The position numbers were made by a program, and so were the translations under genes. This document shows positions 1-10,685 of a stretch of DNA of 64,000 nt, piece by piece. Source of the stretch: Squalus acanthias (lineage: Eukaryota); contig CM059435.1 in NCBI GenBank assembly GCA_030390025.1, forward strand, positions 53,568,001 to 53,632,000, read 5' to 3'. The first letter of the stretch is position 1. Every line of letters begins with the position of its first letter. A model generated the notes under the pieces. That model was not told the origin of the DNA and searched no databases. It saw only the letters and a program-made list of their open reading frames with translations.

Positions 1-78
1 GTGAATATATTAAAAAGCACAAAAGGGAATTTAATGGATAAATTTAATTCTGTTATTGTGACATTTTTAATTTTGTTT

Positions 79-630
79 ACAACAACAACTTGTATTTATA
101 TAGCACCTTAAACATAGTAAAACATCCCAAGGCTCTTCACACCAGTGTTATCAAACAAAATTTGACACTAAGCCACATAAGGAGATATTAGGGGAGATGA
201 CCAAAAGCTTGGTCAAAAAGGTAGGTTTTAAGGAACGTATTGAAGGAGGAAAGAGAGGTAGAGAGGCGGAGAGGTTTAGGGAGGGAATTCCAGAGCTTAG
301 AGCCTTGGCAGCTGAAGGCACGGCCGCCAATGGTGGAGCGATTAAAATCAGGGATGCTCAAGAGGCCAGAATTGGAGGAGCGCAGGTATCTTGGAGGGTC
401 GTAGGGTTGGAGGAGGCCATGGAGGGTTTTGAAAACAAGGTTGAGAATTTTTAAATCGAGGCATTGCTTAACCAGGAGCCAGTGTAGTTTAGCAAGCACA
501 GAGGTGACAGGTGAACAGGACTTGGTGCTAGTTAGGACACAGGCAGCAGAGTTTTGGATGACCTCAAGTTTACGGAGGGTGGAAGATGGGAGGCCAGCCA
601 GGAGTGTGTTGGAATAGTCAAGTCTAGAGG
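79..630 (-). mobile_element. L2-clade LINE, 3' part (split by the CR1 insertion)
   Basis: Minus-strand ORF 188..499 has the L2 ORF2 C-terminal motif (GGRAFS...LWNSLP...FLKTYLF). The 3' tail is ...ggtgctatataaatacaagttgttgttgt. The element resumes at 5034. Confidence 0.85.
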
Positions 631-1012
631 AGCCTTTCTTTCTTTCTCTCTCCCACAGAGCGGTCGGCAGCGGGGAAGGAGGAGCGGACCTGGTTGGAGC
701 GGCAGAGGCCTGAGGTGAGTCATTAAACTCACCTACGTGGCCTTTTTCCCCAGCGGGGTAAGAGCTTCGCGGGATTTTTCAAAGGCAGGGGGCGGGGCCA
801 ATTCATTGGTACCCGTATATAGGTGGAGCGGTTGCTAAACCCGAGACACTACACTAGTAGTGACTCCCACCCTCCCACCTCGTCTAACCTTTAGGGGTAG
901 AGGGAATTTAAAAGGTAGGTTCGATTTTATATTTTGTTTTCAGGGACTTAACTCCTGGACCTAAGATAAATAAGTTTAAATTTTAGTAATAAAGTAACAT
1001 AAGGGTTAAGTC

Positions 1013-1957
1013 ATGACAGGAAGTCTCGGACCCGTTTCATGCTCCTCCTGTGCCATGTGGGAAACCAGGGACACTTCCAGTGTCCCTGACAACTACGTGT
1101 GCGGGAAGTGTGTCCAGCTGCAGCTCCTGACAGCCCGCATGGCGGTGCTGGAGCTGCGGGTGGACTCACTCTGGAGCATGCACGATGCCGAGAACTCGGT
1201 GAATCGCTCATTTAGTGAGTTGTCCACACCGCAGGTAAAGGCTAGGACAGACAGTGAATGGGTGACCAAGAAGCAGGGCAATATCAGGAAGGTAGTGCAG
1301 GAGTCCCCTGTGGTCATCTCCCTCCAAAACAGGTATGCCGCTTTGGATACTGTTGGGGGAGATGGCCTACCAGGGGAAGGCACCAGCAGCCAGGTTCATG
1401 GCACCATGGCTGGCTCTGCTGCACAGCAGGGCGGGAAAAAGAGTGGTAGGGCTATAGTGATAGGGGACTCAATTGTAAGGGGAATAGACAGGAGTTTCTG
1501 TGGCCGCAAACGAGATTCCAGGATGGTATGTTGCCTCCCTGGTGCAAGGGTCAAGGATGTCTCGGAGCGGCTGCAGAACATTCTGAAGAGGGAGGGTGAA
1601 CAGCCAGCTGTCGTGGTGCATGTAGGTACCAACGATATAGGTAAAAAGCGGGAAGAGGTCCTACAAGCAGAATTTAGGGAGCTAGGAGCTAAATTAAAAA
1701 GTAGGACCTCTAAGGTAGTAATCTCTGGATTGCTACCAGGGCCACGTGCTAATCAGAATAGAGAGAACACGATAGTGAGATTGAATACGTGGCTTGAGCA
1801 GTGGTGCAGGAGGGAGGGATTCAAATTCCTGAGGCATTGGAACCAGTTCTGGGGGAAGTGGGACCTGTACAAAAGGGACGGTCTGCACTTGGGCAGGACT
1901 GGAACCGATGTCCTCGGGGTAATATTTGCTAAAGCAGTTCGGGAGGATTTAAACTAA
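1013..1957 (+). CDS. CR1 ORF1p (zinc finger/leucine zipper plus SGNH esterase domain)
   Basis: CSSC...CGKC motif, heptad leucines, then SGNH blocks IVIGDS, PGA, HVGTND and DGLH. Uninterrupted 314 aa. Confidence 0.92.
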   Translation: MTGSLGPVSCSSCAMWETRDTSSVPDNYVCGKCVQLQLLTARMAVLELRVDSLWSMHDAENSVNRSFSELSTPQVKARTDSEWVTKKQGNIRKVVQESPVVISLQNRYAALDTVGGDGLPGEGTSSQVHGTMAGSAAQQGGKKSGRAIVIGDSIVRGIDRSFCGRKRDSRMVCCLPGARVKDVSERLQNILKREGEQPAVVVHVGTNDIGKKREEVLQAEFRELGAKLKSRTSKVVISGLLPGPRANQNRENTIVRLNTWLEQWCRREGFKFLRHWNQFWGKWDLYKRDGLHLGRTGTDVLGVIFAKAVREDLN

Positions 1958-2004
1958 TATGGCAGGGGAATGGGAACCTATGTAGCGAAACAGGGCGAAG
2001 TAAT

Positions 2005-4941
2005 ATGCAGTCAGAAACAAATGTTAGAAGGGTGAAAAACAATAGGGGAAGGCCGAGTAAACAAAGGCAAGAAACACAAAGGGCCATACTAAATCATAAG
2101 TCTAAAAGGACAAAGGATGTTAATAAAACAAGCCTAAAGGCTCTGTGTCTTAATGCAAGGAGTATCCGTAATAAGGTGGATGAATTGATTGTGCAAATAG
2201 ATGTTAACGGATACGATGTGATTGGGATTACAGAGACGTGGCTCCAGAACAATCAAGGCTGGGAACTGAACATCCAGGGGTATTCAACATTTAGAAAGGA
2301 TAGAATAAAAGGAAAAGGGGGTGGGGTAGCATTGCTGGTTAAAGAGGAGATTAATGCAATAGCAAGGAAGGACATCAGCTTGGAGGATGTGGAATCAATA
2401 TGGGTTGAGCTGCAGAACACCAAAGGGCAGAAAACGTTAGTGGGAGTTGTGTACAGACCTCCAAACAGCAGTAGTGAGGTGGGGGAGGGTATGAAACAGG
2501 AAATCAGAGGTGCGTGCAAAAAAGGCACGGCAGTTATCATGGGTGACTTTAATATGCATATAGATTGGGCTACTCAAACTGGAAGCAACACGGTGGAGGA
2601 GGATTTCCTGGAGTGTTTAAGGGATGGTTTCCTAAACCAATATGTTGAGGAACCAACTCGAGGGGAGGCCATCCTGGACTGGGTGTTGTGTAATGAGGAA
2701 GGACTAATCAGCAATCTTGTGGTACGAGGCCCCCTGGGGAAGAGTGACCATAGTATGGTGGAGTTCTACATTAGGATGGAGAAGGAAACAGTTAAGTCAG
2801 AGACCATGGTCCAGAACTTAAATAAGGGCAACTTTGAGGGTATGAGGCGTGAATTGGTGAGGTTAGATTGGCAAGCGATATTTAAGGGGCTATCAGTGGA
2901 AGGGCAATGGCAGACATTTAGAGATCGCATGGATGAACTACAACAATTGTACATCCCGGTCTGGCGTAAAAGTAAAAAAGGGAAGGTGGCTCAACCATGG
3001 CTAACAAGGGAAATCAGGGATAGTATTAAAACCAAGGAAGTTGCATACAAATTGGCCAGATGTAGCAGCAAACCCGGGGACTGGGAGAACTTCAAAACTC
3101 AGCAGAGGAGGACGAAGGGTTTGATTAGGGCAGGGAAAATAAAATATGAAAGGACGCTTGCAGAGAACATTAAAATGGACTGCAAAAGCTTCTATAAATA
3201 TGTAAAAAGAAAGAGGTTAGTAAAAACAAACGTAGGTCCCCTGCAGTCGGAAACAGGGGAAGTCGTAATGGGGAACAAGGAAATGGCAGATCAATTGAAC
3301 AAGTACTTTGGTTCGGTGTTTACTGTGGAGGACACACACAACCTGCCGGAAATAAAAGGGGTCAGAGGATCTGGTAAGAGGGAGGAGCTGAGGGAAATCC
3401 TTATTAGACGGGAAAAGGTATTGGGAAAATTGATGGGACTGAAGGCTGAAAAATCCCCGGGGCCTGATGGTCTGCATCCCAGAGTACTTAAGGAGGTGGC
3501 CTTGGAAATAGTGAATGCATTGACGATCATTTTCCAACATTCCTTAGACTCTGGATCAGTTCCGATGGAGTGGAGGGTGGCTAATGTAACCCCTCTTTTT
3601 AAAAAAGGAGGGAGGGAGAAAGCAGGGAATTATAGACCGGTCAGCCTGACATCGGTCGTGTGTAAAATGATGGAAGCAATTATTAAAGATGTCATAACAG
3701 ACCATTTGGAAAGTGGCGACATGATAGGTCCAAGTCAGCATGGATTTGTGAAAGGGAAATCATGCTTGACAAATCTTCTGGAATTTTTTGAGGATGTTTC
3801 CAATAGGGTGGACAGGGGGGAACCAGTAGATGTGGTGTATTTGGACTTTCAGAAGGCCTTCGACAAGGTCCCACACAAGAGATTGGTGTGCAAAGTTAAA
3901 GCACATGGGATTGGGGGTAATGTGTTGACGTGGATTCAGAACTGGTTGGCACACAGGAAACAAAGAGTAGGAGTAAATGGGTACTTTTCAGAATGGCAGG
4001 CAGTGACCAGCGGGGTACCGCAGGGTTCGGTGCTGGGACCCCAGCTGTTTACATTATATATTAATGATTTGGACGAAGGGATTAAATGTAATATCTCCAA
4101 ATTTGCGGATGACACTAAATTGGGAGGCAGTGTAAACAATGAGGAGGATGCTAGGAGGCTACAGAGTGACTTGGACAGGTTGGGTGAATGGGCAAATGTA
4201 TGGCAGATGAAGTACAATGTGGATAAATGTGAGGTTATCCACTTTGGTGGTAAAAATAGAGAGGCGGACTATTACCTGAATGGTGGCAGATTAGGGAAAG
4301 GGGAGGTGCAACGAGACCTGGGTGTCATGGTACATCAGTCACTGAAGGTGGGAATGCAAGTGCAGCAGGCAGTCAAGAAAGCAAACGGAATGATGGCCTT
4401 CATAGTAAGGGGATTTGAGTACAGGAGTAGGGAGGTGATGCTGCAGTTGTACAGGGCCTTGGTGAGGCCACACCTGGAGTATTGTGCGCAGTTTTGGTCT
4501 CCTAACTTAAGGAAGGACATTCTTGCTATTGAGGGAGTGCAGCGAAGGTTCACTAGATTGATTCCTGGGATGGCCGGTCTGACATATCAAGAAAGATTGG
4601 GTCAACTGAACTTGTATCCTCTGGAGTTCAGAAGAATGAGGGGGGATCTTATAGAGACATTTAAAATCCTGACTGGTTTAGACAAATTAGATGCGGGCAG
4701 AATGTTCCCAATGTTAGGGAAAACTAGAACCAGGGGTCACAGTCTAAGGATTAAGGGGAAGCCATTTAAGACTGAGCTGAGGAGGAACTTCTTCACCCAG
4801 AGAGTGGTGAATCTATGGAATTCTCTTCCACAGAAGGTTGTTGAGGCCAGTTCGCTAAATATATTCAAAAGGGAGTTAGATATAACACTCACAACTAGGG
4901 GGATCAAGGGGTATGGCGAGAAAGCAGGAATGGGGTACTGA
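2005..4941 (+). CDS. CR1 ORF2p (APE endonuclease plus reverse transcriptase)
   Basis: NARS, ITETW, GDFN and SDH endonuclease motifs; [14 protein letters not shown] and FADD RT motifs. Uninterrupted 978 aa. The frame is open upstream to 1933. Confidence 0.95.
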   Translation: MQSETNVRRVKNNRGRPSKQRQETQRAILNHKSKRTKDVNKTSLKALCLNARSIRNKVDELIVQIDVNGYDVIGITETWLQNNQGWELNIQGYSTFRKDRIKGKGGGVALLVKEEINAIARKDISLEDVESIWVELQNTKGQKTLVGVVYRPPNSSSEVGEGMKQEIRGACKKGTAVIMGDFNMHIDWATQTGSNTVEEDFLECLRDGFLNQYVEEPTRGEAILDWVLCNEEGLISNLVVRGPLGKSDHSMVEFYIRMEKETVKSETMVQNLNKGNFEGMRRELVRLDWQAIFKGLSVEGQWQTFRDRMDELQQLYIPVWRKSKKGKVAQPWLTREIRDSIKTKEVAYKLARCSSKPGDWENFKTQQRRTKGLIRAGKIKYERTLAENIKMDCKSFYKYVKRKRLVKTNVGPLQSETGEVVMGNKEMADQLNKYFGSVFTVEDTHNLPEIKGVRGSGKREELREILIRREKVLGKLMGLKAEKSPGPDGLHPRVLKEVALEIVNALTIIFQHSLDSGSVPMEWRVANVTPLFKKGGREKAGNYRPVSLTSVVCKMMEAIIKDVITDHLESGDMIGPSQHGFVKGKSCLTNLLEFFEDVSNRVDRGEPVDVVYLDFQKAFDKVPHKRLVCKVKAHGIGGNVLTWIQNWLAHRKQRVGVNGYFSEWQAVTSGVPQGSVLGPQLFTLYINDLDEGIKCNISKFADDTKLGGSVNNEEDARRLQSDLDRLGEWANVWQMKYNVDKCEVIHFGGKNREADYYLNGGRLGKGEVQRDLGVMVHQSLKVGMQVQQAVKKANGMMAFIVRGFEYRSREVMLQLYRALVRPHLEYCAQFWSPNLRKDILAIEGVQRRFTRLIPGMAGLTYQERLGQLNLYPLEFRRMRGDLIETFKILTGLDKLDAGRMFPMLGKTRTRGHSLRIKGKPFKTELRRNFFTQRVVNLWNSLPQKVVEASSLNIFKRELDITLTTRGIKGYGEKAGMGY

Positions 4942-5033
4942 GGTAGCATGTTCAGCCATGAACGCATTGAATGGCGGTGCAGGCTCGAAGGACCGAATGG
5001 TCTACTCCTGTACCTATTTTCTATGTTTCTATG

Positions 5034-6555
5034 TAACAAAGACATGGATGAGAGTTTCAGCAGCAGATGAGCTGAGGCGGAGGCAGAGTTGGTCGATGTT
5101 ACGGAGGTAGAACTAGGTGGTCTTAGTGATGGAGCGGATATGTGGTCGGCAGTTCCTTTCAGGGTCAAGTACGACACCAAGGTTGCGAACAGTCTGGTTC
5201 AGCATCAGACAATTGCCAGGGAGATGATGGAGTCAGTGGATAGGAAATGGAGTTTGTGGTGGGGACCGAAGACAACGGCTTCGGTCTTCCCAATATTTAA
5301 TTGGAAGAAATTTCTGCTCATCCGGTACTGGATGTTGGAAAAGCAGTGTGACAATTTAGAGACAGTGGAGGGGTCGAGAGAAGTAGTAGTGAGGTAGAAA
5401 GTACATGTGGAAACTGACACTATGTTTTTGGATGATGTCACCGAGGGGCAGCATGTAGAAGAGAAATAGGAGGGGGCCAAGGATAGATCCTTGGGGAACA
5501 CCAGAAGTGTCGGTGCGGGAGCGGGAAGAGAAGTCATTGCAGGTGATTCTCTGGCTACGACTGGATAGATCAGAATGGAACCAGGCGAGGGCAGGTCCCA
5601 CCCAGCTGGATAACAGAGGAGAGGCGTTGGAGGAGGATGGTGTGGTCAACAATGTCAAAGGCTGCAGACAGGTCGAGAAGGATGAGGAGGAATAGTTTAC
5701 CATTGTCATAGTCACACAGGATGTCATTTGTGACTTTGATAAGAGCCATTTCGGTACTGTGGCAGGGCGGAAACCTGATTGGAGGGATTCAAACATGAAG
5801 TTCCGGGAAAGATGGGCACAGATTTGGGAGGCGACAGCATGTTCAAGGACTTTGGAGAGGAATGTGAGAAGTAAGAAGTGTGACTTCTCACATTTGTCCA
5901 CCCCAGTCCAACACCGGCATCTCCACATTTTGGAGAGGAAAGAGAGGTTGGAGATGGGGCAGTAGTTTGCAAGGATGGAGAGATCAAGGGTTGGTTTCTG
6001 AGGAGAGGGGTAATGACGGCAGATTTGAAAGAGAGGGGGACAGTCCCTGAGGAGAGAGAACCATTAAAAATATCAGCTAACATGAGAGCCAGGAAGGGAA
6101 GTTGTGTGGTCAGCAGTTTGGTGGGAACAGGGTTGGGGGAGCAGGAGGTGGGTCTCATGGATGAGCTCGGCGAGGCCATGAGGAGAGATAGGAGAGAAAC
6201 TAGAGAAAGATGTGAGTTCAGGCTAGGGAAGGGGGGAGCCTTAGAGGAAGTTTGGCCCGGTGGGCTAAGGGAAGGGAGGGAAGTGGCAGAGGCAGTTGAA
6301 CGAATGGTCTTAATCTTAGTGACAATAAAGTCCATGAGCTCCTCGCACTTATTGTTGGAGGTGAGGGTGGAGGAGGCAGGGGCGAGGGGTTTAACAAGAT
6401 GGTTTGCAGTAGAGAAGAGAATCCGGGGATTATCTTTGCATTCCAGGATGATCCTGGAACAGTGAGCAGTTTAGGCCGAGGAGAGCAGGACCCAATAGTG
6501 CTTTATGTGGTCCAGCCAGATCTGGCGGTGAATGGCTAGATCTGGCGGTAAACCA
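5034..6555 (-). mobile_element. L2 LINE, upstream RT part (decayed)
   Basis: Frameshifted RT fragments [22 protein letters not shown] and FFQLNIGKTEAVVFG. Continues the element at 79..630. Confidence 0.85.
5863..5928 (+). mobile_element. Tiny Penelope-type 3' end insertion with a 5' hairpin
   Basis: 12-bp TSD tttggagaggaa (5851-5862 and 5929-5940). The tail tttgtccaccccagtccaacaccggcatctcc is shared with the 42225 and 44552 copies. Confidence 0.75.
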
Positions 6556-6574
6556 TTACTTTGAACGTAGAAAC

Positions 6575-9560
6575 AGGCTGTTTGGCCCAACCAATCTTCT
6601 GCTGGTGTTTTTCCTCCACTCGAGCAATTGTCCTAATCCCAGGTGCCCACTCTGTTCACCTATCTAACCTATCCTCGAATGTTAACCGTCTCTGCTTCAA
6701 GCACTGCATTCCACAGCCTCAGAACCCTCAGTATAAAAAGGCCTCTCCTGCTCTGTCCTAAATCTCCTACATTTAATCTTATATATATGTCCTCTTGTAC
6801 GAGGCCCTTAGGCATTTGGAAACAGTCTGTTTCTATCTATTCTGCCCCACCAGTTGTTAATTTTAAACACCACGTATCTCCTCTGTTATAATGAAAACAA
6901 ACCCCATTTTTTCCAAGTCTTTCTACATATTTGTATTTCCTCATACCAGGCAGCATTCTACTGAACCTACGCCATACCCTCTGGTGCCTCAACATCCTTC
7001 CTATATTGTGGAGCCCAAGAGTGAATACAGTACTCCAACTGTGATCCCATTCCATTGGCTCTCCATCTCCTTACTTTTATTAATCCTGGATTTTACTGAC
7101 TCTTTGTCTGTTGTTGTCATATGTCCTTAGCAGTCCCCCATTAGTAGTTTTTTAGCCACTTTGCTTATGTTTATTTTTATGAAAAGCAATGGGTAATTAA
7201 AACATTTCAGACATAGGGACATAGGAATTGCCAGAAGAAAAAAGATCGAGGTCCATCTAGTTCGCCTTCTACCATCCCGTTACTCACTTGATACAACGAT
7301 AATGGAGTTGTTGACAAATCATGACAATCGATCTTTACTGATTCATCTACAACAGACCCAGACATGAGGTGAGGGAAGCCCCAGTGGTGGAGAGCTTTGG
7401 GAACCATCGGTCCAAAGTCGCCTGTTCCTCCCAAGCATACTATACTTACCACATGTCATGTCTGAAATTACTCATATACTGTATCCCAAAATGTTATTTT
7501 TCTGAAAGAAATCTAGCTGATTTGATCAAAACAGAAGAACAAGCCTGAGCACATCAAGGCATCTGCACACTTGCTGCTTTGTGTTGAATACCCAGTCTTT
7601 TTGCCTATACCTACCTGCACTCAGAGAATTACGTATGTGAACCTTCTGTTCCTCCACACACTTCAACATCTTTCCATTGCGTATAGACTCCTATTCCTTG
7701 TTTTCCTCCCGAAATCCATCATTTCACACTTCTCCACATACTTAAGTTGGGTTCACCACCTGTCCACCCATTCTGCTAACCCGTCTAACTCCTGCTAAAG
7801 CCCTATAGTCCTTCTCGTCGTTTGGCAAACTTTTGTGTTGTCAGAACATTGTGCCCCTATGCCCAAAAATATATATATCAAAAGTGAATCCAGCACTAAA
7901 CCCAGGGTACACCACGTCCAACCCATCAGCAATCGAAGTGTCACAAATTAACCCTAACCCTTTGTTTGCTGTCCGTCAATCAAACTTCTATCCATTCTCC
8001 TACACTCCCTCTTATGGCAGACATTTACATTTTTGTAAACAAGCAGCCTGTGAATCAGATTATCGCATGCCTTCTGAAAATCTATATATAGTACATCTAC
8101 TGCATTCCCTTTCTATATCCAACCACTGCACTGCCTCAAAAATCTTAAATTTGTCAAACATGTCTTGCCGTTAACAGATCCTTGCTAGTTGTGCTGACTT
8201 CTCACATGACCTACGGGATACTCCCGAGTATGATCTTGGATTTTGAATTCTAAGAGTTTGTCCGCCGCTGACATTAAGATAAATGGTCTCTAGTTATTTA
8301 GTTTATCCTTCTCTCCCTTTTTAAAAAGAATTGTTACATCGACTATCCTCCAGTCCCCTGGCACAATTAGTATATCCAAGGATTGAGACATTGTGGCCAG
8401 AGTCTGTGCCACCTTTACTCTGACTTCCTTCAACAGCCTGGGTGCAGCCATCAGGGCCTAGTGACATATCCACCTTGAGTTCTACTCATTTTATCAGAAC
8501 CACAACCTTTTGTACATCCCTAACAATTTTTAAACATTCTTCTCTGGTACATCTACAATCTCACTTCTACCGACATTTATAAACACAGACACAACACATT
8601 TATTCAATATCTCCATCATCTTCCACAGTTTAGAGTCTTCTTCATCGCCGAGCAGTCCTACGCTCTTTTTAATTATTCTTTTAGTTTTAACATAATATAA
8701 AAAGGAGATACAGGAAACTCTTTCGTATCCGGCACCGACGGGACCGGGATGGTGCCGGTTGATTAAAAATTCCGGATAACGGAGAGGTATATCTAACAAG
8801 GCTATTTTTAACAAACAAAAATAAAAAAATCAAGAAATGTGCAGTATAATTGGGTACTCCCCTACAGAATGTTGTGTTAAATGGATGGTGGAAGATGCTT
8901 GATTAAGTACAGTAATGCCAGTTGAGGGTAATCCATAACTCTTTAATTACTTAACAGTAAAACAAAACTTATAAACGACTGTATACTGTAGTTTTCGGAG
9001 TATGAATTCTGCCGGTTATTAGAGAGTTCCGGATATTTAGGTGCCGTTTAAACGAGAGTTTCCTGTACAAGGTTTTATAAGTATCAGCTAGTCTTTTTCA
9101 TATTCCCTTTTTAAGCCCTTCTAAACTAGTTTTTCACCTCCCCAATATATTTATGATTTTCTTTAATATTGTTAGCCCAAGTTTTATCATATGTCTCCTG
9201 TTAAGTTTCATTTTAGTTGTAATCTCTCTATTTATCCACAGATCTCTATCCTTTAATGCACTCCCTATATGTCTTTTAAAAAATATATCTATTTTGTACT
9301 CTGTCCATCTCCTATTTGAATATTCCCCGTCGCTGATCTGTCGCCCTGTTTGCTAACCTTTCTGCAATGTGGGCCAGGTCCCTTTTTATTTTGTGGAATC
9401 TTGCTTTTCTCCAGCTCAACACCCTTATTTTTGAGTCGTACGTATCCTTTTCTATTTTCACATTGAGCCTAACTATGTTGTGGTTGCTATTTCCCAATTG
9501 CTTTCCTCGTCTCACATTAGTTATGTGTTCCACCTCATTTCTCAGAATGAAATGAAGCAT
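6575..9560 (-). mobile_element. Old, fragmented CR1-like LINE relics
   Basis: Degenerate ORF2 peptides (RRFSRMLPGM, LGNSNHNIVR..., reverse-complemented RT motifs). Boundaries are approximate and probably cover more than one copy. Confidence 0.55.
8711..9065. mobile_element. Tc1/mariner (Tigger-like) MITE
   Basis: TIR CAGGAAACTCT.../...AGAGTTTCCTG flanked by TA on both sides. Confidence 0.8.
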
Positions 9561-9972
9561 GAGCCTAACAGTGCCCCTCCCCAATGAGCAATTCCGCTGT
9601 CATGTTCCAGAAGTGCTGCGTTGGAGGGTGGAATGCACTGAGGTGCATGCTTTTCCTGATTAATGCCAGTCAAAGCCATACATCAGTATGAAACCTCTGG
9701 CATACCTCGGAATGATTATTTTTTCCCAGCACTGTATAGTCCTTGGGTGTGCCTTCCTATGGTATTGGGAGAAGGTGTAGGAATGCTGTTGTCACCTTTT
9801 GAAAAAAACAGTCTAAGTTGTCCAAGCAGTTTTTTTGCGGAACACGAGACTGCATCACGCACTATAAAGGAGGTACGGCCAGTGACTTTTAAAGGCTAAC
9901 TGTTCTGGTAATTTAATGAACAATTCTAAAACAGAACACCTTGCCAGTTACAAGAACAATCTAAAACTTATT

Positions 9973-10133
9973 GGGGTTCATTTTGACTTGGGCGATAGGT
10001 GTAAAACGGCTGATATCGGACCAGCCGCCCATTGTGCATCTCTCCCGATTTTAATTTCCGTTAAAGTCGGGAGAAATATGCAACGGTCGGCTAATCCGCT
10101 ATCGCCTAAATCGCCAAAGTCAAAATTACCCCC
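9973..10133. mobile_element. Hairpin MITE, probably PIF/Harbinger type
   Basis: Termini ggggttcattttgactt / aagtcaaaattacccc, internal inverted symmetry, ATT on both flanks. Confidence 0.6.
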
Positions 10134-10685
10134 ATTGACATTGGACGCAGAAAGTACGTCTGCTTCCACTGTACAAATTATTCTTTTCGCATCCTCTCCT
10201 TACAGCATCAGTAATGTGCAGTCAGAGCCGACATTACATACCGTGAATTCAGACACACAGGCCTAGAAATTCGGGTTTTTAACGTCACCCGTTATCGCCA
10301 TAGTTGGGCGAAAAAATGGCAGCCACTGCTCTTCTGCCAGCGGGTCCCGCGGCGGCCGCCATTTTGGGATGGCTGGCAGCGCAGACGATAGAAGCGATCG
10401 CTCAAGGGATCACTTGATGCCCGATCTGTGACATTGGATTTTGCCACTGCACTTACCAGGATGCCTGAACAATGTTGAGAAGCAGGGAGGAGGCTGCAGC
10501 CGTGGTATTTAAAGGGATCATCAGCAAACATTTGCACCTGACATGGTTATGTAGTTTGACTGGCTCTGTGCTACTTTCTGCAACTCCACCAGCTTTACTA
10601 ACTTCTTTCAAGGTTCTAAGGTAACAGAGCGTGTTGTTGCAAGTGCAGAACCCCATCCTCATTTAAAGGCTTCTGCTCACAACAC

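Larger units (their letters stand above)
631..5033 (+). mobile_element. Full-length CR1-clade LINE with two intact ORFs
   Basis: About 380-nt 5'UTR, ORF1, ORF2, and a short 3'UTR ending in (tttctatg)2. It interrupts the L2 at ...tctagagg|taacaaag with no clear TSD. Confidence 0.95.
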
